NCBI GenBank assembly: GCA_002431355.1
Contig: DJEQ01000041.1
Span: forward strand, 35,258 to 99,257
Length of the DNA: 64,000 nucleotides
Direction: 5' to 3'
DNA from: Oribacterium sp. UBA5894
GTDB taxonomy: Bacteria; Bacillota; Clostridia; Lachnospirales; Lachnospiraceae
The position numbers and the translations under genes were made by a program. Shown in pieces: positions 38,847 to 49,265 of the stretch. Under the pieces are notes generated by a model, which was given only the letters and a program-made list of their open reading frames with translations, was not told where the DNA came from and did no database searches. Each line of letters begins with the position of its first letter. The stretch's first letter is position 1.

Positions 38847-40282
38847 GCTTTTCGAAATACCGTAAGATAAAATCCATCCGAAGGCTCTCCTGGAAGGAAC
38901 TTGCGCTCCTTTTCAAGTGAAAAGCCAGGCTTCGTCAGAATATAGTCCCGGTTGTCCTCATTTTCTTCCTTTGTCAAGGTACAGGTGGAGTAGAGGAGCT
39001 TTCCTCCTGGCTTGACATACTGACATACGGTATCGAGAATTTCCCGCTGGAGCTTCTGAAGTGCCGCGATATTTTCGCGGCTTGCACGGAAACGGATGTC
39101 CGGCTTCTTTCCCAGAATTCCAAGACCCGAGCAAGGAAGATCCGCTACCACAATGTCGGCGATGCCCTGTCCCTCCGGATCGAGAAGCGTCGGGTCCAGG
39201 GTCCGTGCATCGAGTGCCTTTGCTGAAATGTTCGTGAGCTTCTGCCGCTCGATATTCTGACGGATCAGTGCAACCTTTCCCTCGCTGAGATCCCGTGCGT
39301 CCACCTGTCCGGTTCCTTCCAGCAGCGCTGCGATATGGCAGCTCTTTCCGCCAGGCGCCGCACATACATCCACGACATAGTCTCCTTTTTCCGGTGCAGC
39401 TTCGATCCCCACCTGCTGCGAGGCATAGTCCTGAATCGTCAGTTCACCATTCCGAAAGGCATCACTGTGGACAATGTCGCCGCTTCGTACCTCGGTATGG
39501 CCATCCTGGAAACGGACATAGTTGGTCTTTTCACCGTGCAGGAACCAGTCAAGCATACGCTCGGTTTCTTCACGTCCATAGACCTTTCGAAGATCCTCAT
39601 ACAGCCAGAGGGGCACACTGTAGCGAATGTAGGCGGGTGTTTTCCCTGTATGTGCAAGGTTCTGAAAAATGATGTCCTTATCTCTCGCCACACTGCGCAG
39701 TACACCATTGACAAAGCCACTCAGGAAAAAGAGCTTATCATCCTGACTCTTCACAAGCTCTACCGCCTCATTGATGGCTGCGCTGTCCGGCACCTTGTCC
39801 ATGTACAGAATCTGGTAGCTTCCCATACGAAGCACGGTACGGATCAGCGGCTCCATGTTTTTCGTATGGACCTTACTGATCTGGTTCAGAATAAAATCGA
39901 GCTGAATCGTATATTCGAGGGTTCCCTCCACAAGACGTGTCACGAAGGCCGCGTCACGTGGATCGAAGTCCCCATGCTGTTGAAGGGCTTCCCGCAGTAC
40001 AATATGGGAAAGCTTCTTCTCCTCTAAAATTTTCTGAAGGCTAAGTACAGCAATAGACCGCGGCGTTGCTGCGGTCTTTTCTCTGGAAAGTTCCGATATT
40101 TTTTTCTCTTCTTCCTGCATTCCGTGCGGTCGCGCATTCCAGACTCTATAATCTGCATGCGTGCTCCGGGCGTCTGGAGTTCTTCCTTTTCGTGCATTGG
40201 AGCTCTGCTTTCCGGCATGCATGAACTTATGGAGTGGTCCCTCCTGAGTGTTCTTTTTATTTCGTAGATTTTTCTTATCCAT
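38843..40282 (-). CDS. rsmB: 16S rRNA m5C967 methyltransferase (NusB-like domain plus MTase)
   Basis: VPDSAAINEAV, DVCAAPGGK, DLPCSG and YSTCT motifs. Confidence 0.92.
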   Translation of the reverse strand: MDKKNLRNKKNTQEGPLHKFMHAGKQSSNARKGRTPDARSTHADYRVWNARPHGMQEEEKKISELSREKTAATPRSIAVLSLQKILEEKKLSHIVLREALQQHGDFDPRDAAFVTRLVEGTLEYTIQLDFILNQISKVHTKNMEPLIRTVLRMGSYQILYMDKVPDSAAINEAVELVKSQDDKLFFLSGFVNGVLRSVARDKDIIFQNLAHTGKTPAYIRYSVPLWLYEDLRKVYGREETERMLDWFLHGEKTNYVRFQDGHTEVRSGDIVHSDAFRNGELTIQDYASQQVGIEAAPEKGDYVVDVCAAPGGKSCHIAALLEGTGQVDARDLSEGKVALIRQNIERQKLTNISAKALDARTLDPTLLDPEGQGIADIVVADLPCSGLGILGKKPDIRFRASRENIAALQKLQREILDTVCQYVKPGGKLLYSTCTLTKEENEDNRDYILTKPGFSLEKERKFLPGEPSDGFYLTVFRKA

Positions 40283-40995
40283 TAGTCATTATTTCTGCGG
40301 CTTCCTCTCGTGAGAATCAGGAGTCGAAGCAGCTGTAAAAGTGATGCGGTCGCGGCAGCAACATAGGTGAGTGCTGCTGCGGTCAATACGGCCTTTACGC
40401 CATTCAGCTCCTCTTCTGTCAGTACCTGATTTTCACGCAGGGTCTTTACGGCACGTCGTGAGGCATCAAATTCAACCGGCAGGGTTAAAAGCTGGATGGA
40501 GATGGCAACCATAAATGCGATGATGCCGATCCGGATGAGTGGTGACCAGCTGATGAGAATCCCGAAGAAAACGAGAGGAATCGAGATCTTCGAAGCAAAC
40601 GCACAGGCTGGCGTGATGGTTCTGGTCAGAACGAGGGGTACATAGGCCTCCTTATCCTGAATGGCATGACCACATTCATGCGCAGCCACCCCAATGGCAG
40701 CAATGGACCGGCTGTTGATCGTTGACTCGCTCAGATTCAGTACCTTTTTACTCGGGACATAATTATCTGTCAGATTTCCGGCAATTCCCTGAACGCGCAC
40801 GTTCGTAATCCCATTTCGATTCAGAATAAGACGTGCGGCATCTGCACCCGTGATGCCTGCACGGGAGCCCACCTTTGCATATTTCTGAAAGGTCCGATTG
40901 ACATGCGCACTGGCCAGCATGGAAAGAATAATGCCCAGCAGCACCAGAACATAGGTCGGATCATAAAACATCGGATATCCATAATAACCGTACAT
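40282..40995 (-). CDS. YugP-family membrane zinc metallopeptidase
   Basis: AAHECGHA, LPVEFDAS and AALTYVA motifs; AGGAGG RBS before ATG 40995. Confidence 0.9.
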   Translation of the reverse strand: MYGYYGYPMFYDPTYVLVLLGIILSMLASAHVNRTFQKYAKVGSRAGITGADAARLILNRNGITNVRVQGIAGNLTDNYVPSKKVLNLSESTINSRSIAAIGVAAHECGHAIQDKEAYVPLVLTRTITPACAFASKISIPLVFFGILISWSPLIRIGIIAFMVAISIQLLTLPVEFDASRRAVKTLRENQVLTEEELNGVKAVLTAAALTYVAAATASLLQLLRLLILTRGSRRNND

Positions 40996-41082
40996 GACGT
41001 TTCCTCCTATCGTGATCATGTCTCCAGTGTAGGGCATCCTCGTGACGAGATCATGTTGAAATTCTGAATTTTATATAAAGAT

Positions 41083-42057
41083 TCAGAAACGATGACCACG
41101 GAGAAAATCCTCCGTTTTCATACGCTTCTTGCCCTCAAGCTGAAGCTCATGGATGCGCAGTGCGCCCTTTCCGCAGCGAACGATGAGCTGTCGCTGATCT
41201 GCATAGACCCGTCCGGCTCTCATCGTCTCTGGCAGCGTTTCATTGCGATCCGGCATCAGCCTGGCAACTTCCGGAATGGCATACTTTTTACAGTCTTCCT
41301 CCGTCAGCACATCGGCATCCCAGAACTTCAGCTGCTTACCATTCAGAAAGCTGTAGGCGGATGGCCATGGATTCAGGCCACGGATTTTCCGCTCAATCAC
41401 GACGGCATCCTCCTGCCAGTCGATTCGTCCTGAAGTTTTCGTGAACAGTCCAACCTTCGTAGCCTTTGATGCATCCTGTGGCGTCGGTGTAAGTGTCCCC
41501 GCCTGAAGCCCGTCCAGCGTTTCGAGAATCAGCTCCCCACCGAGTTTCGCCAGCTTGTCGAAGAGGCTTCCCCCGGTTTCCTTCGGATCCAGTGGAATCC
41601 GTTTTTCCAGGAGAATATCGCCTGTATCCAGGCCTTCATCCATCTGCATGGTCGTAACACCGGATTCGGCATCGCCATTCAGCACGGCCCACTGCACGGG
41701 TGCAGCCCCACGGTATTTCGGAAGCAGCGAAGCGTGTACATTGACACAGCCATATTTCGGAATATCCAGAATGTCCTTCGGCAGGATCTGTCCGAAGGCT
41801 GTAACTACAATCACATCCGGAGCGATGGTACGCAGTCTTTCTTTTAAGCCTTCATCCTTTCGAATGCGCTCCGGCGTAGCCACTGGAATCCCATAGCGTT
41901 CTGCCGCAGCACGCACATCGCTCTTCTGTACCTCTCCATGTCGTCCCTTCGGTCGATCTGGCTGGGTAATCACCAGTGGAAGCTCATGTCCCGCAGCTGC
42001 CAGTGCATCCAGTGTCGCTACCGCGAAATCGGGCGTTCCCATAAAAACAATCTTCAT
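41083..42057 (-). CDS. fmt: Methionyl-tRNA formyltransferase
   Basis: FMGTPDFA, NVHASLLPKYRGAAP and GLDTGD motifs. Confidence 0.97.
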   Translation of the reverse strand: MKIVFMGTPDFAVATLDALAAAGHELPLVITQPDRPKGRHGEVQKSDVRAAAERYGIPVATPERIRKDEGLKERLRTIAPDVIVVTAFGQILPKDILDIPKYGCVNVHASLLPKYRGAAPVQWAVLNGDAESGVTTMQMDEGLDTGDILLEKRIPLDPKETGGSLFDKLAKLGGELILETLDGLQAGTLTPTPQDASKATKVGLFTKTSGRIDWQEDAVVIERKIRGLNPWPSAYSFLNGKQLKFWDADVLTEEDCKKYAIPEVARLMPDRNETLPETMRAGRVYADQRQLIVRCGKGALRIHELQLEGKKRMKTEDFLRGHRF

Positions 42058-42098
42058 GGTTCTCCTCCGTTTTTCCGACGAACGTCTTCGTCGTCTGC

Positions 42099-42602
42099 TT
42101 ACTCGAAGTCCTCGAGATCCTCTTCCTCGAGGCTCTCATAATTCACGTCTTCAAGCTCTCCCTCGACCTTCGACGTATAGAGGATGCCGGACAGATGATC
42201 ATTTTCATGTGCCATGGCACGCGCAAGCAGTCCCTCTGCATCGAAGGAATATGGCTTCATATCCAGATCGTAGGCATCAACATGTACCTTCATGGCACGA
42301 GTAACAACGCCCTGCTTTCCAGGTACGGAAAGACAGCCCTCGTCACCGGTCTGCGTCTCATCTCCAATCGCTGTGACCGTCGGATTGATGCATACATATC
42401 GCTTTCCATCGCCAATGTCGACAACAAATAGCTTCCGAAGAACACCCACCTGTGGTGCTGCAAGTCCGACGCCATTGGCATCGTACATGGTTTCAAACAT
42501 ATCCATAATGAGCTCCCTGGTGCGCTCGGATACCTTCTTCAGCGGCTTGCACTCCTTCTCCAGAATAGGGTCTCCAACAACTCGAATGGTTCTTAATGCC
42601 AT
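42099..42602 (-). CDS. def: Peptide deformylase
   Basis: GVGLAAPQ, EGCLS and HENDH motifs. Confidence 0.97.
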   Translation of the reverse strand: MALRTIRVVGDPILEKECKPLKKVSERTRELIMDMFETMYDANGVGLAAPQVGVLRKLFVVDIGDGKRYVCINPTVTAIGDETQTGDEGCLSVPGKQGVVTRAMKVHVDAYDLDMKPYSFDAEGLLARAMAHENDHLSGILYTSKVEGELEDVNYESLEEEDLEDFE

Positions 42603-42617
42603 AACACTCTCCTGTAT

Positions 42618-44645
42618 TCACTGTAAATCATAATTCAGCAGCACGAGTCCTCGACGGTCGTGCTGTCGTACACGTTCTGTAAAATAATCCCGTAACCTGA
42701 TAATTATATCATGAGACGGGTGTTTGATATAGACGATTTTTCGGTAGATATCCTTGATGCGGTACACGGACGCCTCCAGTGGTCCGATCAGCTCCGCCCC
42801 TGCCGCACTGCAGTCCGGCTGAAAGCCCTCCGTCGCTGCCTGACTCACCATGCTGAGAAAATCTTCATCCTTCGATGCGAGCTGAATCGTCATCAGCCGT
42901 TCGGTTGGAGGATATCCCATCAGCTTTCGAAAACGGAATTCTTCCGCATAGAACGCTTTATAATCCTGCCGTTTCGACAGCACGATTGCATAATGGTCCG
43001 GCTGATAGGTCTGGATCACGACGGTACCAGCCTGTGCACCACGTCCGGCACGTCCAGCAGCCTGAGTCAGGAGCTGAAAGGTGCGTTCGGATGCCTTGAA
43101 GTCCGGTGCCGAAAGGCTGAGATCCGCTGCAATGATACCGACCAGCGTCACATCCGGGAAATCATGGCCCTTGACAATCATCTGGGTACCAATCAGAATA
43201 TCCGCCTGATGACGCCGGAATCGTTCCAGAATTCTCTCGTGCTCTCCCTTTCGACGGGTTGTATCGGCATCCATCCGAAGGACAGACGCGTTCGGAAACA
43301 GCTTCTTTACATAGCTTTCCAGCTTCTCTGTGCCGAAGCCAAACGGCGCGAGGTAGGGACTCCCGCAGTGTGGGCAGAGCTTCATGAGACGGATCTGATA
43401 GCCACAGTAGTGGCAGCGCAGCATCCCGTCGCGATGCAGCGTCAGCGTAATGTCACAATGCGGGCATTTCAGCGCTTCTCCACAGCTTCGGCAGGACACG
43501 AAGCTGGAATATCCTCGACGGTTCATGAATAGCATGATCTGCTCATGTCGCTCCAGCTTTTCCTGCATAAGCCCATAGAGACGTGCCGAAAGAATGCTCC
43601 TGTTTCCATTGGCCAGCTCTTCCCGAAGATCAATGATTTCTGTCTCTGGCAGCTGTGCCCCGGTATGAGCACGTGTCGGGAGCTCAAGAAGTGATACCTC
43701 GCCCGCACGTGCAGCCGTATAAAGCGTGAGCGAAGGGGTGGCAGATCCATAGAGCACAGGACAGCCTGCCATTCGCGCACGCATATAGGCGACGTCCCGC
43801 GTTTCAAAGCGCGGGGCTGTTTCCGATTTATACGCAGACTCATGCTCCTCGTCCATGATGATGAGCCCCAGATGTTCAAAGGGAGCAAAAACTGCAGAGC
43901 GAGGTCCAATGAGTACATTCACCTCTCCAGACGCACACTTCTGATACTGCTCATAGCGTTCCCCGATGCTCATACGGGAGTTCAGAATGGCAACCCGTCC
44001 CTGAAAGCGCGTGGAAACCCGCCGTACGGTCTGGTAGGTGAGGGAAATCTCCGGAATCAGCAGGATCACCTGCTCTCCATGCTGAAGCACCTCGTTCATG
44101 ATATGAAGGTAGACCTCTGTTTTCCCTGAGCCTGTAATGCCATGAAGAAGATAGCGCGGCGTCGTACTCATTGGCTCCTGTCCGCGCCTCCGAAGGCAGG
44201 CCTCATATCCTTTACGTACAGCCTCTGCCGCCTCCGCCTGTGCCGGATTCAAATCATGATACTCATCCCTTTCTTCCTGATAGTGAAGAAGCGGATCGAT
44301 ACGGCGGGCATTTTTTCGAACGGTTCGCCGCACCGGCAAAACCGTTTTCAGGCACTGATTCATCGTTGTGCCATATTCCGTTGACATCCAGGCAGCCAGC
44401 TGAATCAGCTGCTCCTGTGCGGAAATGGCATCCGGAATGACCGTAAGGATGTCCTTCACCCTGGACGGATCATAGTCAAACTGCTCTACAAGCTCGATCA
44501 CATAACCGGTTTTTTCCTGATTGGCGCTGCCGAAAGGGATCGTTACACGATTCCCGACCTGCACCTTCATGCCCTCCGGAATATGATAAGTGTAGGCATG
44601 ATCCAGGGCATCGCTCGAGATATCGATGATGATGGCTGCGTACAT
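42618..44645 (-). CDS. priA: Primosomal helicase PriA (short form)
   Basis: GITGSGKTE and DEEH motifs, four CxxC pairs, QAAGRAGR. Confidence 0.95.
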   Translation of the reverse strand: MYAAIIIDISSDALDHAYTYHIPEGMKVQVGNRVTIPFGSANQEKTGYVIELVEQFDYDPSRVKDILTVIPDAISAQEQLIQLAAWMSTEYGTTMNQCLKTVLPVRRTVRKNARRIDPLLHYQEERDEYHDLNPAQAEAAEAVRKGYEACLRRRGQEPMSTTPRYLLHGITGSGKTEVYLHIMNEVLQHGEQVILLIPEISLTYQTVRRVSTRFQGRVAILNSRMSIGERYEQYQKCASGEVNVLIGPRSAVFAPFEHLGLIIMDEEHESAYKSETAPRFETRDVAYMRARMAGCPVLYGSATPSLTLYTAARAGEVSLLELPTRAHTGAQLPETEIIDLREELANGNRSILSARLYGLMQEKLERHEQIMLFMNRRGYSSFVSCRSCGEALKCPHCDITLTLHRDGMLRCHYCGYQIRLMKLCPHCGSPYLAPFGFGTEKLESYVKKLFPNASVLRMDADTTRRKGEHERILERFRRHQADILIGTQMIVKGHDFPDVTLVGIIAADLSLSAPDFKASERTFQLLTQAAGRAGRGAQAGTVVIQTYQPDHYAIVLSKRQDYKAFYAEEFRFRKLMGYPPTERLMTIQLASKDEDFLSMVSQAATEGFQPDCSAAGAELIGPLEASVYRIKDIYRKIVYIKHPSHDIIIRLRDYFTERVRQHDRRGLVLLNYDLQ

Positions 44646-46003
44646 TATGCCTGGTCCTGTTTGAATTCACGGACAATGTCAGAAAGATGCATGCTGTTCG
44701 AGCCCTTCAGGAGGATCACGTCGCCACGTGTTGCGATGGCGTGGAGCGTATTTCGAAGCTCAGAAAGGTCAGTAAAATATTCAATGCTCGGAAGGGTACA
44801 GGACGGTACCTTTCCACTCGCCTTCTCCTCTGCCACTTCGCTCTGAATGCCTTCTCCGATGGCAGCTGCACGCTCGCCATACAGAAAAACCGCATCCACC
44901 GGAAGATGTGCCAGGTATCTCCCGACCTCGCGATGATAATCCAGGGTCTTTTCACCGAGCTCAAGCATGTCCGCAAGCACTGCAATGTGCCGTTTTCCAT
45001 CGAGTGCGGCCAGCGCATCCAGTCCTGCCTTCATGGACGCCGGAGACGCGTTGTACGCATCATCAATGATAAGAACCCCTGCCTTCGTCCGGAAGCTGGC
45101 GCCACGACCGGCTAGACCGGAGAACTGCTCGAGAGCCTGCTGCGCACGCTCCATCGGTACGCCGAGCCGGGTCGCCACATGCATGGCAGCGGAAGCATTC
45201 TGCAGCATATGTGCTCCCTTTACCATGAGCTTAAGCGTATAGTCGTCCACTCCATAGAACTGAAGCCGGATGTCCTTCCCTTCGGCAATACCGAAACGAT
45301 GAATCTCGTCCAGGCTAAGCTTCGACAGAATTGGATCCTCTCTGTTCAGATACAGGATGCCATCCTCTTCCATGCCGTCGAGGATATGCAGCTTCTCTCG
45401 AAGAATGTTTTCCTGCGTCTTCAGCTGCTCAATATGTGCAATGCCGATGTTCGTCATCACTGCCATGTCCACACAGGCAATCTGAGCGATTTTCGTCATC
45501 TCTCCAGGCATGGACATGCCAAGCTCAATGACGGCCACCTCTGCATCCGAATGTGCCATCTGAAACAGCGTAATCGGAACGCCTACCTGCGAGTTCGCAT
45601 TGCCTGCCGTCTGAAACACCTTTTTTCCGGCTCCGACGGCTGCTGCAATCATGCTCCGCGTTGTCGTTTTTCCAACAGATCCCGTCACACCGATCACCGT
45701 ACCATGGAATTTTTTTCGTTCCATGTACCCGATTTCCTGAAGTGCTTTCGTTGTATCCTCCACCTGATAGAAACGAACCTGCGGGTATTTTGTCTGAAGC
45801 TCCTCGACAGGGCGTGCGCTGAGTACGGCGACCGCTCCATGTGCGATCGCCATCTCGATGAAGTCATGCCCATCACTGTGCTCGCCGACAATCGGCACAA
45901 AAAGTGCATTTTTCATTTCCTTTCGGGAGTCGAGGACGATTTCCTCGATGCCCGTATCACTGAATCCAAAGCTGATGTCCGCTGATTTCATGCTGTTCTC
46001 CAT
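44645..46003 (-). CDS. murF: UDP-MurNAc-tripeptide--D-Ala-D-Ala ligase
   Basis: TGSVGKTTT, DAYNASP, DMLELG and LKGS motifs. Confidence 0.92.
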   Translation of the reverse strand: MENSMKSADISFGFSDTGIEEIVLDSRKEMKNALFVPIVGEHSDGHDFIEMAIAHGAVAVLSARPVEELQTKYPQVRFYQVEDTTKALQEIGYMERKKFHGTVIGVTGSVGKTTTRSMIAAAVGAGKKVFQTAGNANSQVGVPITLFQMAHSDAEVAVIELGMSMPGEMTKIAQIACVDMAVMTNIGIAHIEQLKTQENILREKLHILDGMEEDGILYLNREDPILSKLSLDEIHRFGIAEGKDIRLQFYGVDDYTLKLMVKGAHMLQNASAAMHVATRLGVPMERAQQALEQFSGLAGRGASFRTKAGVLIIDDAYNASPASMKAGLDALAALDGKRHIAVLADMLELGEKTLDYHREVGRYLAHLPVDAVFLYGERAAAIGEGIQSEVAEEKASGKVPSCTLPSIEYFTDLSELRNTLHAIATRGDVILLKGSNSMHLSDIVREFKQDQA

Positions 46004-47496
46004 TAAAGATGATATTTTTTCGCTGTTTCGAGAATGACCTCGCGGTCGAGAAAATGCGTACGTACGCCCTTCACTTCCTGATAATCCTCATGTCCCTTTC
46101 CAATCACGGCAATCATATCGCCTTTTTCTGCATGCGTCATGGCATATTCGATCGCCGCACGACGATCTGGAATCTCGACATACCGGCCACCGGCAGGAAC
46201 CAGCGTTGACTTGATGTCGGCGATGATATCGGAGGTTTCCTCATCGCGGGAATTATCAGCTGTCAGTATGCTGAAATCTGCAAACTGTGCCGCTGCCTTT
46301 CCCATGCCGTAGCGGCGATCCTTTGCCCGGTTTCCGCCGCAGCCGAAGACCACAACGAGACGTCCCGGCTTCAGCTCCCGCAGGGTGCTCAGCAGATTTT
46401 CCATGGCCATTTCATTGTGCGCATAATCGACCAGTACGGACATCGTCTCATTTTTAAAGACGATCTGTGTCCGTCCGTCGACATGCACTCTTCGAAAGGC
46501 ATGGATGATGGCGCGGTGAGGTATCCCCATGAGTGACAGTACAGCGATGGCTGCCATCGCATTGTAGACATTGTACTTTCCTGGAAGATCCATCTGGATA
46601 TCCAGCTCCGCATGCCCGGTTACGTCGAAGCAGATGCCGACAAAATCCGGTCGGTTAACATGTTCGATGTTCTCCGCCATGAAGTCTGCCGGACGGTCAA
46701 TGGCATAGGTGAACATCTTACATGGCGCACCGGCAATGAGCTCCTCTGCATAATCTGCATCGCGATTGATGATGCCCACACGGGACTGCTTGAAGATGCA
46801 GCTCTTATAGTACTTGTACTCCTCGAAATCGGCATGCTCATGTGGACCGATGTGGTCTGGTTCAATATTCGTGAAGATGCCATAGTCAAAGGTAATGGCG
46901 TCCACACGATGCAGCTTAAAGGCCTGGCTTGAGGCTTCCATGACCACATAGTCGCAGCCGGCGTCCCGCATGGTACGAAAATACTTCTGAAGATCATAGG
47001 ATTCCGGCGTCGTGTTTTTCGTCGGAATATGCACATCACCATATTCTACGCCTGTGGTACCAATGCAGCCGGCCTTCAGGCCTGCATCCTCCAGGATCTG
47101 CTGAATCATATGCGCGGTCGTCGTTTTTCCCTTCGTACCGGTAATGCCAATGATGGTCATTTCCTTACTTGGATATCCGAAGCGTGCCGCACTGAGCTCT
47201 GCAAGTGAAACGCGCGCATTTTCAACACGGATGAGCACCACATCCTCTGGAAGCTTCGAAGGATCCAGCCCGAATTCCGCCGGGTCCTCTTCCACCACAA
47301 GGGCCTTACAGCCCTGTGCGAGGACCGCAGGAATAAAGCGGTGCGCATCGACATTGGCTCCCTTCATCGCGTTAAACACTGTGCCTTCGACTGCTTTTCT
47401 CGAGTCAAAGACCAGCTCCTGCACGTCCAGAGCTGCTGGATCGCCATGAAGAAGCGTATAATTCAGATTTTTCAGCCAGTCTACAAATTTTGCCAT
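46003..47496 (-). CDS. murE: UDP-MurNAc-dipeptide--diaminopimelate (or Lys) ligase
   Basis: TGTKGKTT, DYAHN, FGCGGNR, DNSR and GKGHE motifs. Confidence 0.93.
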   Translation of the reverse strand: MAKFVDWLKNLNYTLLHGDPAALDVQELVFDSRKAVEGTVFNAMKGANVDAHRFIPAVLAQGCKALVVEEDPAEFGLDPSKLPEDVVLIRVENARVSLAELSAARFGYPSKEMTIIGITGTKGKTTTAHMIQQILEDAGLKAGCIGTTGVEYGDVHIPTKNTTPESYDLQKYFRTMRDAGCDYVVMEASSQAFKLHRVDAITFDYGIFTNIEPDHIGPHEHADFEEYKYYKSCIFKQSRVGIINRDADYAEELIAGAPCKMFTYAIDRPADFMAENIEHVNRPDFVGICFDVTGHAELDIQMDLPGKYNVYNAMAAIAVLSLMGIPHRAIIHAFRRVHVDGRTQIVFKNETMSVLVDYAHNEMAMENLLSTLRELKPGRLVVVFGCGGNRAKDRRYGMGKAAAQFADFSILTADNSRDEETSDIIADIKSTLVPAGGRYVEIPDRRAAIEYAMTHAEKGDMIAVIGKGHEDYQEVKGVRTHFLDREVILETAKKYHL

Positions 47497-47558
47497 AATT
47501 CGTCTCTTTTCGTTTATTGAATCTTCGTTCAGGACCCTTCCGGGTCCTGCCTTCCCCA

Positions 47559-49226
47559 TCAGAACAGACCGACGATTTTTCCGTCGATGACATCAATGCC
47601 AAAGGCGGCCGGCTTTTTCGGAAGGCCTGGCATTGTCATGACATCCCCGGTCAGGCAGACCACGAAACCGGCACCCGCAGAAACATAGGCATCCCGCACC
47701 GTGATGCAGAAGTCCTTCGGCCGTCCGAGCTTTTTCGCATCATCACTCAGGCTGTACTGGGTTTTCGCCATACATACCGGAACATGCGTGAAGCCAAGCT
47801 CGATCAGCTTATCCAGGGCCTTCCGGGCCTTCGGCTCATAATGCACGCCGTCTGCACCATAAATTGTGCGGGCAACGGCTTCAATCTTTGCATAGAGATC
47901 ATCGTCCAGCTTCTGAACCGGAGTGAAGTGTGCTTCCTTGGTTTCCAGCGTATGGAGGAGGGTTTTCGCCAGCTCCTCACCGCCTTTACCACCTTCTCCA
48001 TGCACCTTTGACAGTGCAAATTCTGCACCTCGTGCGCGGCAGAAGTTTTCTACAAACTGAAGCTCCGCCTCGGTATCGGTGGCAAACTGGTTGATGGCGA
48101 CAACGACCGGCACGCCAAAGGACTGAAGATTTTCGATATGCTTTTCAAGGTTTACGATGCCCTTCTCGAGTGCCGGAAGATTTTCCGCTGCAAGCTCTGT
48201 TTTCGGAACGCCGCCATTATACTTGAGTGCCCGTACCGTAGCGACCAGAACTGCTGCATCCGGGTGGAATCCCGCCATCTGACACTTGATATCAAAGAAC
48301 TTCTCTGCGCCGAGATCTGCGCCGAAGCCAGCCTCGGTCACGGCAATGTCTCCGAGCTTCAGTGCAAAGCGCGTCGCCTGTACCGAATTGCAGCCATGTG
48401 CAATATTCGCAAATGGTCCACCATGCACGATGGCCATGTTATGCTCCAGTGTCTGAATGATGTTCGGCTTGATGGCATCCTTTAAAAGCGCGGCCATCGC
48501 GCCTACCGCCTGCAGGTCTTCTGCCGTTACCGGCTTTCCATCCACATCATAGGCGACGATGACACGTGAAAGGCGCTTCTTCAGATCCTCCATGTCATCT
48601 GCAAGGCACAGAATGGCCATAACCTCCGATGCAACCGTAATGACGAAGTGGTCTTCCCGCACCACACCGTCTCCTCGGCCACCGAGACCGATCACAATGT
48701 TCCGAAGCTGGCGATCATTCATGTCCTCGCAGCGTTTCCAGTTGATGGCCTTGAGATCAATGCGGAGCTGATTTCCCTGCTTGATGTGATTGTCGAGAAG
48801 CGCAGCAAGAAGATTGTTGGCACTGGTAATGGCATGAAAGTCACCAGTAAAGTGAAGGTTCAGATCCTCCATCGGAACCACCTGTGCATAGCCGCCACCG
48901 GCGGCTCCGCCCTTGATGCCGAAGCATGGTCCAAGAGACGGCTCTCGCAGCGCAACCACGGTTTTCTTCCCGAGACGGTTCAGCGCATCGGTCAGTCCGA
49001 TGGACGTGGTGGTCTTTCCTTCTCCGGCCGGGGTCGGGTTGATGGCCGTAACAAGCACCAGCTTCCCATCCGGTCGGTCCTTGATCTTCGCCCAGAGATC
49101 ATCGCTGAGCTTTGCCTTATATTTACCATACTGCTCCAGCTCATCCGCCTCGATGCCAAATCTTGCTGCAACATCTGTGATGCGGCTCATACTTGCTTCC
49201 TGTGCAATCTCGATATCCGACTTCAT
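47559..49226 (-). CDS. fhs: Formate--tetrahydrofolate ligase
   Basis: [28 protein letters not shown] and TMPGLP motifs. Confidence 0.97.
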   Translation of the reverse strand: MKSDIEIAQEASMSRITDVAARFGIEADELEQYGKYKAKLSDDLWAKIKDRPDGKLVLVTAINPTPAGEGKTTTSIGLTDALNRLGKKTVVALREPSLGPCFGIKGGAAGGGYAQVVPMEDLNLHFTGDFHAITSANNLLAALLDNHIKQGNQLRIDLKAINWKRCEDMNDRQLRNIVIGLGGRGDGVVREDHFVITVASEVMAILCLADDMEDLKKRLSRVIVAYDVDGKPVTAEDLQAVGAMAALLKDAIKPNIIQTLEHNMAIVHGGPFANIAHGCNSVQATRFALKLGDIAVTEAGFGADLGAEKFFDIKCQMAGFHPDAAVLVATVRALKYNGGVPKTELAAENLPALEKGIVNLEKHIENLQSFGVPVVVAINQFATDTEAELQFVENFCRARGAEFALSKVHGEGGKGGEELAKTLLHTLETKEAHFTPVQKLDDDLYAKIEAVARTIYGADGVHYEPKARKALDKLIELGFTHVPVCMAKTQYSLSDDAKKLGRPKDFCITVRDAYVSAGAGFVVCLTGDVMTMPGLPKKPAAFGIDVIDGKIVGLF

Positions 49227-49265
49227 CTTGTACCTCTTTCTTTCATGTATATGGAAAATGTAACC

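Noticed and set aside
41058..41090. TTCTGAAT...ATTCAGAA inverted repeat at the fmt stop, CodY-like core
   Set aside because: Poor match to the CodY consensus; AT-rich and plausibly a chance occurrence.
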